Source: Candidatus Dormiibacterota bacterium (GTDB lineage: Bacteria > Chloroflexota > Dormibacteria > Dormibacterales > Dormibacteraceae). From it: DNA of 64,000 nucleotides. Shown piece by piece: positions 9,566 through 17,413 of the stretch. The stretch covers positions 44,550-108,549 of the forward strand of contig DAIRGV010000001.1 in assembly GCA_036794405.1 (NCBI GenBank), in the 5' to 3' direction. A program made the translations under genes and the position numbers. The notes beneath the pieces were generated by a model. It had not been told where the DNA came from. It made no database searches and worked only from the letters and a program-made list of their open reading frames with translations. Each line of letters opens with the position of its first letter. Position 1 is the stretch's first letter.

Positions 9566-10840
9566 CTAAAGGCCGATCGCCTTCCGAAACTTGCCGTCGG
9601 AAGCGAAGGGACCGATGACTGAGAGCTGGATGGGCTGATCGAGAACGCGGCCGGCGACACGGCGGATCGCCGCCTGGTCGACCGAGTCGACGGCTGCGAC
9701 GATCTCGTCGACGGGGCGAATACGCCCGGCCAGCAACTCTTGCTGACCCAGCCAGCTCGCCATTGCGTTGGTGCTTTCGAGGCCGAGCTTGAGCCTGCCC
9801 TTGGTGTATTCACGAGCCTTGGTCAGCTCCGACTCCGGAACGTCCTTCTCAACCATCTGCTCGAGCTCGCCCAACACCGCCTTGATCGTCTCCTCGGCCT
9901 TGCTCGGATCAACGCCGGCGTAGACGGCGAAGTAGCCCCCGTCATGGTGCTTACTGGTGAAGCTGTGCACGTCATAGGCGAGACCGCGCTTCTCTCGGAT
10001 CTCGAGGAAGAGCCGCGAGCTCATGCCCTCGCCCAGGATCGTGTTGACGAGGTCGAGCGCGTAGCGGTCATCGTCCAGGTAGCTGATGCCACGGGTCCCC
10101 AGGCAGAGGTGCGCCTGTTCGGTCTTTTTGTTCAGGAAGGCGAGGCCGGCCTTCTCGAGGCCCGCGGGCGCCGGGAGGTAACCGCCTCCGTTCTTGGTAG
10201 CGAGACGACCGACGCGGGCGTCGACCATTTCGGCGGCGTCGTCCGGGTCGATGCCGCCGGAGAGACTCACAACGAGCTGAGGCAGGCTGTAGTGATGCGC
10301 GATGTAGTCGACCAGGTCGTCGCGTGTGATCGCGGCTACCGACTCCAGCGTGCCCCCGATGTCCCGACCGAGGGGATGCCCGGGCCACATCACCTCTTCG
10401 AATAGGCTGTGGACGTAATCCTGCGGTAGATCCTGGTACATCTTCAGCTCTTCGAGGATCACCATCCGCTCGCGATCAATGTCGTCAGCCGTGAGCCTGG
10501 AGTCGGAGACGATGTCGAAGAGTACGTCGATCCCCAACTCGAGGTGGTCGGCCGGAAGCCGCGTCCAGTATGTGGTCACCTCTTTGTCGGTCGAGGCATT
10601 GATGACGCCACCAACACCCTCGATTGCCTCCGCAATCTCTTTCGACGTCGGGCGCTTCTTGGTGCCCTTGAAAAAAAGGTGCTCGATGAAATGGGAGACG
10701 CCGCCAACGCGGTCGTCTTCGTAGCGAGAACCGACCCCGAACATCAACACCAGGCTGGCCGAGGCACGGTCGCGCATGGGCGCGGTCACGAGACGAGCGC
10801 CGCCTTCGAGGGGACGGACGTTGAAGGGACCGACGCTCAT
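9566..10840 (-). CDS. M16 family (pitrilysin/insulinase-like) zinc peptidase
   Basis: HFIEH inverted zinc motif in GVSHFIEHLFFKGTKKR. Trimmed to ATG 10840 (MSVGPFNV...). Confidence 0.85.
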   Translation of the reverse strand: MSVGPFNVRPLEGGARLVTAPMRDRASASLVLMFGVGSRYEDDRVGGVSHFIEHLFFKGTKKRPTSKEIAEAIEGVGGVINASTDKEVTTYWTRLPADHLELGIDVLFDIVSDSRLTADDIDRERMVILEELKMYQDLPQDYVHSLFEEVMWPGHPLGRDIGGTLESVAAITRDDLVDYIAHHYSLPQLVVSLSGGIDPDDAAEMVDARVGRLATKNGGGYLPAPAGLEKAGLAFLNKKTEQAHLCLGTRGISYLDDDRYALDLVNTILGEGMSSRLFLEIREKRGLAYDVHSFTSKHHDGGYFAVYAGVDPSKAEETIKAVLGELEQMVEKDVPESELTKAREYTKGRLKLGLESTNAMASWLGQQELLAGRIRPVDEIVAAVDSVDQAAIRRVAGRVLDQPIQLSVIGPFASDGKFRKAIGL

Positions 10841-10931
10841 CCGTCGGCCAGTATAGCCAGCGCGATCGGGGCGGCCCAGGATCGGGATGAAGCAACGTCG
10901 GGGGGGCCCGTCGTCGCCCAAAAACAGGGCG

Positions 10932-10948
10932 ATGTAAAACGTGGAACA
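10932..10948. other. parS-like AT-rich motif, site 3 (ATGTAAAACGTGGAACA)
   Basis: Read directly. Intergenic, upstream of the M16 peptidase start. Confidence 0.6.
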
Positions 10949-10991
10949 GATCCGGTTCCCAGCCCGCGCCCCGGGCGGCGTGGGGGTCGGA

Positions 10992-11261
10992 TCAGCTCGA
11001 CTCTCCGAGCACCCCAAGGGCTGCGTAGAGGCTCATCGCCACATGGTCCGCCGGCATGCCGTCCGAGACTGAGTCAAGCGCCTCGACAAGGTAGCGATGA
11101 GCTGCCTGCGGCAGTTCGCCTCCCGCCGAGTCGATCGCGTCGCGCACCGCCTCGGCGATCTCGCTCGGTGTGATCTCTTCGTCAGTGGGACCATCCGAGA
11201 CTGCGTTGACAAGGGCGATTGCCCGCCTGATGTGATCCCCCGCTCTCTCGCTTGCGGCCAC
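10992..11261 (-). CDS. hypothetical acidic 89-aa protein
   Basis: ORF with coding-like composition between jag and the M16 peptidase. No recognisable motif. Confidence 0.45.
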   Translation of the reverse strand: MAASERAGDHIRRAIALVNAVSDGPTDEEITPSEIAEAVRDAIDSAGGELPQAAHRYLVEALDSVSDGMPADHVAMSLYAALGVLGESS

Positions 11262-11271
11262 CGGCGGCTGG

Positions 11272-11937
11272 CTACTCAGCGACCCGCCTGGGCTCGACCA
11301 CGAGTCTTCGGTTGGGCTCCTCGCCGACGCTCACGGTAGTCACGTCGGGGTCGGCTTCGAGGGCGAGGTGAATGGCCCGGCGCTCAAAGGGCTGCATGGC
11401 GTCGAGGGTGATCGGATCGCCGGTCACCTTGACCTGGCGGGCGGCCCGGAGGGCAATCTCCCGGACGGTATGTTCCCGCCGCTGCCGGTAGCGCTCGACG
11501 TCGATGATCACGCGCCTCTCCGCCCCGACCTTGTTCATCAGCATGTTCACGACGGTTTGGAGGGCTCGCAAGTTTTCACCGCGCCAGCCGATCAGCGGAC
11601 CGAGCTCGCGCCCCGTGATGTCGAGGATGATCGGATCCCCCGCCTGCCGGACGCTGACCTGGCCCTGGATGCCCATCCGCTCGATAAGCTCGCCCACCAG
11701 CTCCCGCCCGCGCTCGGCGGCGGGGTCGGCGACCGCCACCGGGGCGGCGGCGATGACGCGCGCCGGCTCCGACGGATCGATGACCACGACCTCGACCACG
11801 GTTTCCTCCGCGGACTCGCCGAGCACTTTGACATCAACATTGCGCCGGCTCTCGCCGAGTTCGATCAACGCCGCGTCGACCGCTTCGTCAAGAGTGCGGC
11901 CGCGGCCAACTGCCGACTTCAATTTCCCGGTCTCCAT
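11272..11937 (-). CDS. jag: RNA-binding protein Jag (KH/R3H, SpoIIIJ-associated)
   Basis: ATG 11937 (METGKLKSAVGRGRT...). GWRGENLRALQ (KH) and C-terminal R3H-like FERRAIHLAL. Overlaps the yidC 3' end as in other genomes. Confidence 0.85.
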   Translation of the reverse strand: METGKLKSAVGRGRTLDEAVDAALIELGESRRNVDVKVLGESAEETVVEVVVIDPSEPARVIAAAPVAVADPAAERGRELVGELIERMGIQGQVSVRQAGDPIILDITGRELGPLIGWRGENLRALQTVVNMLMNKVGAERRVIIDVERYRQRREHTVREIALRAARQVKVTGDPITLDAMQPFERRAIHLALEADPDVTTVSVGEEPNRRLVVEPRRVAE

Positions 11938-12647
11938 AGCTGCCCCCAGCCCGTCACGAAATACTGCTGGAGTATAGCCACACAGTTGGAGACAAACCAA
12001 TAGAGGCCGAGGCCGGCCGGTGTGACGATCGCAAAGTAGGCGATCATCAGCGGCATCATCAGCGACATGCTCTTCGTCATCTGCTGAGCCTGCAGCTCCT
12101 GCTCCGATGCGAGCGGATTGGGCGGCTGCTGCATCATCTTTGATTGCACGAAAGTCGACAGCGCAGCAAGCAATGGGATGATCGCGAAAACCACCGTCGG
12201 AAGCAGCGGGAAACCAGGTATCAAAAGGTGCTTGTTGGGCGCATCCAGCAGCGACGGGATGAAGAGGAAATGCGGGTCCGGAACGTGGAACTTGTAGAAG
12301 GCCCAGTAGAGGGCGGTGAGGATCGGGAATTGGAGCAACAGCGGGAGGCAGCCGATCATCCCGCCGAGCGGGTTGATGCCGTGCTCCTTGTAAAGCTCCA
12401 TCGTCGCGGTTTGCAGCTTCTGCGGATCGCCCTTGAACTTCTTTTTCAACTTGGCGAGCTCCGGCGCAACCTTCCGCTGTTCCATCTGGCTCTTGCGCGC
12501 GGTGGATAGCTGGAAGTGCGTCAGCGGCGCCAGGAGCAGCTTGATAATCAGCGTCAGGACGATGATGGCCAGGCCGTAGGCGCCGACAGCCTCGAGCCCC
12601 GGCACGGAGTTGAAGGCATGGTAAAGACCGGTCAGCCCCCATTGCAC
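11919..12647 (-). CDS. yidC: membrane protein insertase YidC (N-terminus probably longer, up to about 12719)
   Basis: YGLAIIVLTLIIKLLLAPL, MELYKEHGINPLGG and GCLPLLLQFPI motifs. The first canonical start is GTG 12647, but YidC-like sequence INLTHVLDFLGPVKTAWETTF continues upstream in frame. Confidence 0.85.
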   Translation of the reverse strand: MQWGLTGLYHAFNSVPGLEAVGAYGLAIIVLTLIIKLLLAPLTHFQLSTARKSQMEQRKVAPELAKLKKKFKGDPQKLQTATMELYKEHGINPLGGMIGCLPLLLQFPILTALYWAFYKFHVPDPHFLFIPSLLDAPNKHLLIPGFPLLPTVVFAIIPLLAALSTFVQSKMMQQPPNPLASEQELQAQQMTKSMSLMMPLMIAYFAIVTPAGLGLYWFVSNCVAILQQYFVTGWGQLWRPGN

Positions 12648-12761
12648 ACCGGCAAGGAAGGTTGTCTCCCAGGCGGTCTTGACGGGGCCGAGGAAGTCGA
12701 GTACGTGGGTCAGGTTGATGGCGCGACCCTCAGTCTGTTCACTAGTCCTTGTACGTGGCGA

Positions 12762-12971
12762 TCAGGGGACTGGATCGTACCCACCCTTCGCGAAGGGATG
12801 ACAGCGGAGGATCCGGAGCACCCCCATCCAAGATCCACGGGCCCAGTCGTACCGTTCGACCGCTTCATAAGTGTACTGAGAGCACGACGGGTAGTAACGG
12901 CAGGAGCCCGTGAAGAGATGGGAGAGGGACCGCTGGTAACCGCGGATCGCGCCGAGCACGATGGCCTTCAC
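12762..12971 (-). CDS. yidD: membrane protein insertion efficiency factor YidD
   Basis: CRYYPSCSQYTYEAV...HPFAKGGYDPVP. Confidence 0.9.
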   Translation of the reverse strand: MKAIVLGAIRGYQRSLSHLFTGSCRYYPSCSQYTYEAVERYDWARGSWMGVLRILRCHPFAKGGYDPVP

Positions 12972-12977
12972 AACGGG

Positions 12978-13334
12978 TCAACAACCGCGCGGTAGGCGGG
13001 AGATGAACTCGTCCAGGTCCGCCTCGATCCGAGCCAACGGCAGCTTGAGCGCGGGTGGCCGGGCGATCAACACGACGTCGAAACTTATTCCCGGTGCGCG
13101 AGTGAACGAATCATCCCGGAGCAGAGTGAGCCGCACGGCTTCCCGGAGTCGCCTCCGGGCGCGGTTCCGCGCCACCGACCCGCGAATCTGGCGGCTGGCG
13201 GTAACGCCCACCCGGGTCGATGGCGTCCGCCCGGAGGCGGCGAAGCCGACCAGGCTGGCACCGGCATACAGGCGCCGCTCCACCAGCAGCCTCTGGAAAT
13301 CCGCTCGGCCGGCGAGTCGAAACCGCTTCTTCAC
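12978..13334 (-). CDS. rnpA: ribonuclease P protein component
   Basis: Basic 118-aa protein (RADFQRLL..., ASRQIRGSVARNRARRRLREA) directly downstream of rpmH. Confidence 0.85.
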   Translation of the reverse strand: MKKRFRLAGRADFQRLLVERRLYAGASLVGFAASGRTPSTRVGVTASRQIRGSVARNRARRRLREAVRLTLLRDDSFTRAPGISFDVVLIARPPALKLPLARIEADLDEFISRLPRGC

Positions 13335-13365
13335 CCGGCGTCAAACTCGCCGGATGGGTAGCGGT

Positions 13366-13503
13366 TCAGCTGGCGGCGAGCCTCGCGCGGCCCTTGCGTC
13401 GCCGGTTCTGGATGACCCGCGCGCCACCGACGGTGCTCATCCGCTTCATGAAACCGTGCACGTTGCGGCGATATCGCTTCTTGGGTTGATAGGTCCTCTT
13501 GAT
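13366..13503 (-). CDS. rpmH: 50S ribosomal protein L34 (apparent ATC start codon)
   Basis: Too short for the ORF track. Hand translation (I/M)[50 protein letters not shown] lies 6 nt upstream of ATC, and there is no in-frame ATG/GTG/TTG. Confidence 0.85.
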   Translation of the reverse strand: MKRTYQPKKRYRRNVHGFMKRMSTVGGARVIQNRRRKGRARLAAS

Positions 13504-13727
13504 GGCTGTCTCCTCACTGTTTTTCGGTTCGTCGCGAGCCCCGGGTGAACTCGCGGATTATAGGGAATCGTATTCGCGGCATGTCAAACGTCATGTCAGG
13601 TTTGGTGCGATCGCCGTGCCTTGCGACCGCTCCCACCCTTTGCTAGAATCCGGCCCCGGAAGCGGTCTTGGGGAGCCGCGGCCAGAGTCCTTCACCAACG
13701 TCTCAGCTTTTGGGTCGCAGCATCATT

Positions 13728-13858
13728 CTATCCACGGGCTGTGGTCAATTTGTGGATAAGTTCGCTTCCAAAGGATGAGGGCCCGTTGCCCGTCGCGAAT
13801 CGCCTCCTGGCCGGGCCAGTCGGGGCGCTGAGACTCATATCGGTCGTCGTTTTCCACA
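13728..13858. promoter_or_regulatory. DnaA-box cluster (putative oriC / dnaA-operon control region)
   Basis: Boxes found: CTATCCACG 13728-13736 (7/9), TGTGGTCAA 13740-13748 (7/9), TGTGGATAA 13751-13759 (9/9) and TTTTCCACA 13850-13858 (8/9). A relatively AT-rich stretch lies at about 13553-13612. Located between rpmH and the dnaA operon. Confidence 0.6.
13751..13759 (-). promoter_or_regulatory. perfect consensus DnaA box (TTATCCACA on the minus strand)
   Basis: TGTGGATAA read directly. Confidence 0.7.
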
Positions 13859-13882
13859 CGCGCTACAAGGAGAAGCCAGAGC

Positions 13883-14659
13883 TTGCAGGTCGGGCCACAA
13901 CCCTGCCTCTCGGCTAGGTTGGCCATATATCGGGATGGTGAGCCGGAGCCGAAGGTCGAAGAGGTGCAGGGGACCGGTCCGCAGGAACTTATGCACAGGC
14001 TTTGCACCGCCACCGCGCAGGTTATCCGCGACCAGGGCGGAAGCCTTCCCCAGCCCGCCGTGAGGGCTTTGATTGAAAACCTCGTGCACGCGCGATTCCA
14101 GAGTCCGACCGTGTCGATCCTAGATGGCGGACGGACGCTGCGAGTGGCAGACCGCGGGCCCGGCATCTCTGAAAAGCAACTGGCGCTGGAGCCCGGCTAC
14201 TCCAGCGCCGGCGACTCCGAGCGGAAAGTCATCGCCGGGGTCGGCGCCGGTCTGGCGGTGGCGGCGCGGATGGCGGCGGACGGCGGAGGACGACTGGAGA
14301 TCAACGACAACCTGGGGGGTGGAACAGTGGTGACGCTTACATTCGCAGGAACCGTTAAGGACGGCCGCTCGGCGCGGTCGGAGCCGCTTCTCACCGGGCT
14401 CGGCCAACTTCTTCAACCGCCCCCGCCCGACGGGCCTTCGGAGCTGAGCGACAACGGCAAACGAATCCTTCTTCTTCTCGCCGAGCTCGGTGGAAGCGGA
14501 CTCGTCACGATCTGCGATGAGCTCCGGATCTCGCCTGCGGCCGCGCGCTCAGAACTGGACTCTCTCCGACGGCTGGGCCTCCTCGACCCCGCCGACCTCG
14601 AGCAGATCATCCTCAGCCCGGCTGGCCTCGGCTACCTCGATGGCATCTTCGCCGAATGA
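13883..14659 (+). CDS. GHKL (HATPase_c-like) ATP-binding domain fused to a C-terminal winged-helix domain; function unknown
   Basis: N-box-like ALIENLVHA, G1 VADRGPGIS, G2 GVGAGLAVAARM, then GGRLEINDNLGGGTVVTLTF. C-terminal KRILLLLAELGGSGLVTICDELRISPAAARSELDSLRRLGLL looks like a MarR/ArsR-type wHTH. No HisKA domain. The start could be TTG 13883, TTG 13919 or ATG 13991. The stop overlaps the dnaA ATG (ATGA). Confidence 0.65.
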   Translation: MQVGPQPCLSARLAIYRDGEPEPKVEEVQGTGPQELMHRLCTATAQVIRDQGGSLPQPAVRALIENLVHARFQSPTVSILDGGRTLRVADRGPGISEKQLALEPGYSSAGDSERKVIAGVGAGLAVAARMAADGGGRLEINDNLGGGTVVTLTFAGTVKDGRSARSEPLLTGLGQLLQPPPPDGPSELSDNGKRILLLLAELGGSGLVTICDELRISPAAARSELDSLRRLGLLDPADLEQIILSPAGLGYLDGIFAE

Positions 14660-16035
14660 GCGGTGGTATGAACCAGGAGCAGATCTGGACCGCGGTCCAG
14701 GAGGAGCTGCGCTACCAGCTTGCCAAGCCCAGCTATGAGACCTGGGTGAAGAACACCTCCCTCCAATCGCTGGAAGGGAACACCTTCCGGATCGCAGTCC
14801 CCAGCAAGCTCGCCAAGGACTGGCTCGAGGATCGGTTCGCAAGCCTGATCCAGGAAACGTTGCAGGCGGTGACCGGGACCGAGGCTGAGGTCGATTTCGT
14901 CGTCGCCGCGTCGACCTCCCGCCGCCAGTCCCGCCAGGAGGATGACGAGGAGGACCAGCGGCGGCTCAACCTGGAGGAGGAGCAGGAGGAGCTCGGCACC
15001 GTCGCCAACGCGGAGCTGAACGAGAAGTTCAAGTTCAGCGCGTTCGTGGTCGGCAACAACTCGCGCTTCGCCCACGCCGCCGCAATGGCGGTGTCAGACT
15101 CGCCGGGACAGGCCTACAACCCGCTCTTCCTCTATGGCGGCGTTGGGCTCGGAAAGACCCATCTGATGCACGCGATCGGCCACGAGGTGCGCCGACGCTT
15201 CCCCAAGAAGCGGGTGGCCTACCTCACCTCCGAGCAGTTCATGAACGAGGTGATCGCCTCCATTCAGACGGCGCAGATGAGTGAGTTCCGTCACAAGTAC
15301 CGGACCGTCGACGTGCTCCTGATCGACGACGTCCAATTCCTCGCCGGCAAAGACCGGACCAAGGAGGAGTTCTTCCACACCTTCAATGCCCTTCACGAGA
15401 TCAACAAGCAGATCGTCATCTCGTCCGACCGGCCACCGAAGGAGATCCCGACCCTTGAGGATCGACTCCGCTCGCGCTTCGAGTGGGGCCTGATCGCCGA
15501 CATCCAGCCGCCCGACTTCGAGACCCGGCTCGCCATTTTGAAGTCGAAGCTGGGGACCGCGGGCGGCTACGTGTCGGAGGACGTGCTGACCTTCATCGCC
15601 CACAAGGTGCAAAAGAACATCCGGGAGCTGGAAGGAGCTCTGACTCGGGTCATCGCCTTCGCCTCGATCCACCAGCGGGAAATGGACACCGAGTCGGCGG
15701 CGGTCCTGCTCAGCGACATCATCCCCGCGGCCTCTCGGCGGCCGATCTCGATCGACGCGATCAAGCAGGCGGTGTCGGACCACTACGGGATCCCGCTCGA
15801 GGAGCTGACCGGGAAGCGCCGAGACAAGCACATCGTCTTCCCCCGCCAGGTGGCGATGTACATCGTTCGAGAGGAGACGCCCTCATCGCTGCCGGTGATC
15901 GGTCAGGCCTTCGGTGGACGGGACCACACGACGGCGCTCCACTCGATCGAGAAGATCGCCAACGAGTTGAAGGAGGACGAGCGGTTGCGCTACGAGATCC
16001 AGACCATCCGAGAACGGCTCTACGCAGCGCGATGA
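14656..16035 (+). CDS. dnaA: chromosomal replication initiator protein DnaA
   Basis: YNPLFLYGGVGLGKTHLMHAIGH (Walker A), LLIDDVQFLAGK, and C-terminal DNA-binding domain VFPRQVAMYIVREET...GGRDHTTALHS. Confidence 0.95.
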   Translation: MSGGMNQEQIWTAVQEELRYQLAKPSYETWVKNTSLQSLEGNTFRIAVPSKLAKDWLEDRFASLIQETLQAVTGTEAEVDFVVAASTSRRQSRQEDDEEDQRRLNLEEEQEELGTVANAELNEKFKFSAFVVGNNSRFAHAAAMAVSDSPGQAYNPLFLYGGVGLGKTHLMHAIGHEVRRRFPKKRVAYLTSEQFMNEVIASIQTAQMSEFRHKYRTVDVLLIDDVQFLAGKDRTKEEFFHTFNALHEINKQIVISSDRPPKEIPTLEDRLRSRFEWGLIADIQPPDFETRLAILKSKLGTAGGYVSEDVLTFIAHKVQKNIRELEGALTRVIAFASIHQREMDTESAAVLLSDIIPAASRRPISIDAIKQAVSDHYGIPLEELTGKRRDKHIVFPRQVAMYIVREETPSSLPVIGQAFGGRDHTTALHSIEKIANELKEDERLRYEIQTIRERLYAAR

Positions 16036-16285
16036 GAGCCACCTCTCTGCACAGCGCCCGGTGGAACCGGGAGGGACTGCTGGTGAAGAACCGCCAGGCC
16101 CGTTTTCTTTCCACCGCCACCCTCAACCGACAGGGGAGTAGACGGCGACTTTTCCTATACACTGTGCGACCCGGCGCCGAGTTCGCGGTGATCTCGTCTT
16201 GCACAGACTGCACAGGGCCTACTGCTACGCCGGCTAAGCATCTCTATCGTTTCAGTAACGAGGTCGTGGGGACAAGGAGCCAAGC

Positions 16286-17401
16286 TTGAAAGTCAGCTGC
16301 ATGCCGGGCCCGCTCGGCCAATCTCTCCAGGCCGTGTCACGTGCCATCTCGGCCCGAACGACCCTGCCGATCCTGAACAACATCCTGGTCCAGGCCACCG
16401 ACCAGGGCCTCGCCCTGACGGCCACGAACCTTGAGATCGGGATCCGCAAGGTGGTGCCGGCGGAGGTCGCCGAGGAAGGCAGCACGACAGTGCCGGCCCG
16501 GCTGATCACGGATTTCGTGTCGACACTGCCGGATCAGGAGCTGACCCTCGAACTGGACCTCCAGACCCAGACCCTCGGCCTCCGCTGCGGCCGATTCGAC
16601 ACGCACATCAAGTGCATCGAGGCGGAGGAATTTCCGCCCAGCCCGCGACCGGACGAGGGTGACCGGTTCGAAGTGCCACTCGACGAGATGCTTCGTGCGG
16701 TCGAGCAAACTCAAATGGCCGCTTCGACCGACGAGGCCCGCCCGGTCCTCACCGGTATCCTCTTCCAAGTCAAGGGCACCGATCTCACCCTCGCCGCTAC
16801 CGACGGTCACCGGCTCGCAGTTCGCAAGCTCAAGGCCAGCCGGGCGGACGAGATCGACGCCAGCCTCATCGTTCCGGCCCGAGCCTTGGGTGAGCTGGCC
16901 CGTGCCCTCCGCGGCGAAGGACAAAATCTCGAGATCATCATCTCCAAAACGGGCAACCAGGTCTTCTTCCGGGCCGGGACGTCGGAAGTCAATTCAAGGC
17001 TGATCGACGGCAACTACCCGAACTACTCGCAAGTGGTACCCACCAAGAGCTCGACCTCCGTGTCGACCTCGACCGGAGACCTGGTGCAGACCGTCCGCGC
17101 GGTGGCGCTCTTCGCCAAGGACAGCGCCAACGTGATCCGTTTCCGGGCCGGGGGCAGCGGGCTGAACCTGTCCGCGACGACCAACGAGGTCGGCGACAGC
17201 CAGGCCGAGGTCGACGCCGCGGTCGACGGGGCCGACATCCAGATCGCCTTCAACGCCCGTTACGTGTTGGACGGGCTCGGCGTGATCGGCGAGGATAAGG
17301 TCGAGCTGCAGTTCAACGGCCCGTTGAGCCCGGGCCTCATCCGGATGCCGGGCAAGGATGACTACGTCTACGTGATCATGCCGGTCCGGGTGGCGATGTA
17401 G
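16286..17401 (+). CDS. dnaN: DNA polymerase III beta sliding clamp
   Basis: TTG start preceded by AAGGAG. TTLPILNNILVQA...LTATNLEIGI...TDGHRLA. Follows dnaA. Confidence 0.9.
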   Translation: MKVSCMPGPLGQSLQAVSRAISARTTLPILNNILVQATDQGLALTATNLEIGIRKVVPAEVAEEGSTTVPARLITDFVSTLPDQELTLELDLQTQTLGLRCGRFDTHIKCIEAEEFPPSPRPDEGDRFEVPLDEMLRAVEQTQMAASTDEARPVLTGILFQVKGTDLTLAATDGHRLAVRKLKASRADEIDASLIVPARALGELARALRGEGQNLEIIISKTGNQVFFRAGTSEVNSRLIDGNYPNYSQVVPTKSSTSVSTSTGDLVQTVRAVALFAKDSANVIRFRAGGSGLNLSATTNEVGDSQAEVDAAVDGADIQIAFNARYVLDGLGVIGEDKVELQFNGPLSPGLIRMPGKDDYVYVIMPVRVAM

Positions 17402-17413
17402 CAGCCTCAGCAC

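Noticed and set aside
12275-12292. Isolated CGTGGAAC half-sites, here in yidC and again at about 40673-40682
   Set aside because: They are single 8-mers without the ATGTAAAAC partner half. Chance occurrence of one half-site is plausible.
16052-16066. Small palindrome CCCGGTGGAACCGGG just after the dnaA stop
   Set aside because: It has a 6-bp stem, a 3-nt loop and no U-tract, which is too weak to call a terminator or protein-binding site.
16036-16285. dnaA-dnaN spacer as the main oriC
   Set aside because: It has only 6-7/9 DnaA-box matches and no perfect box. The rpmH-side spacer is the better candidate, although a bipartite origin cannot be excluded.
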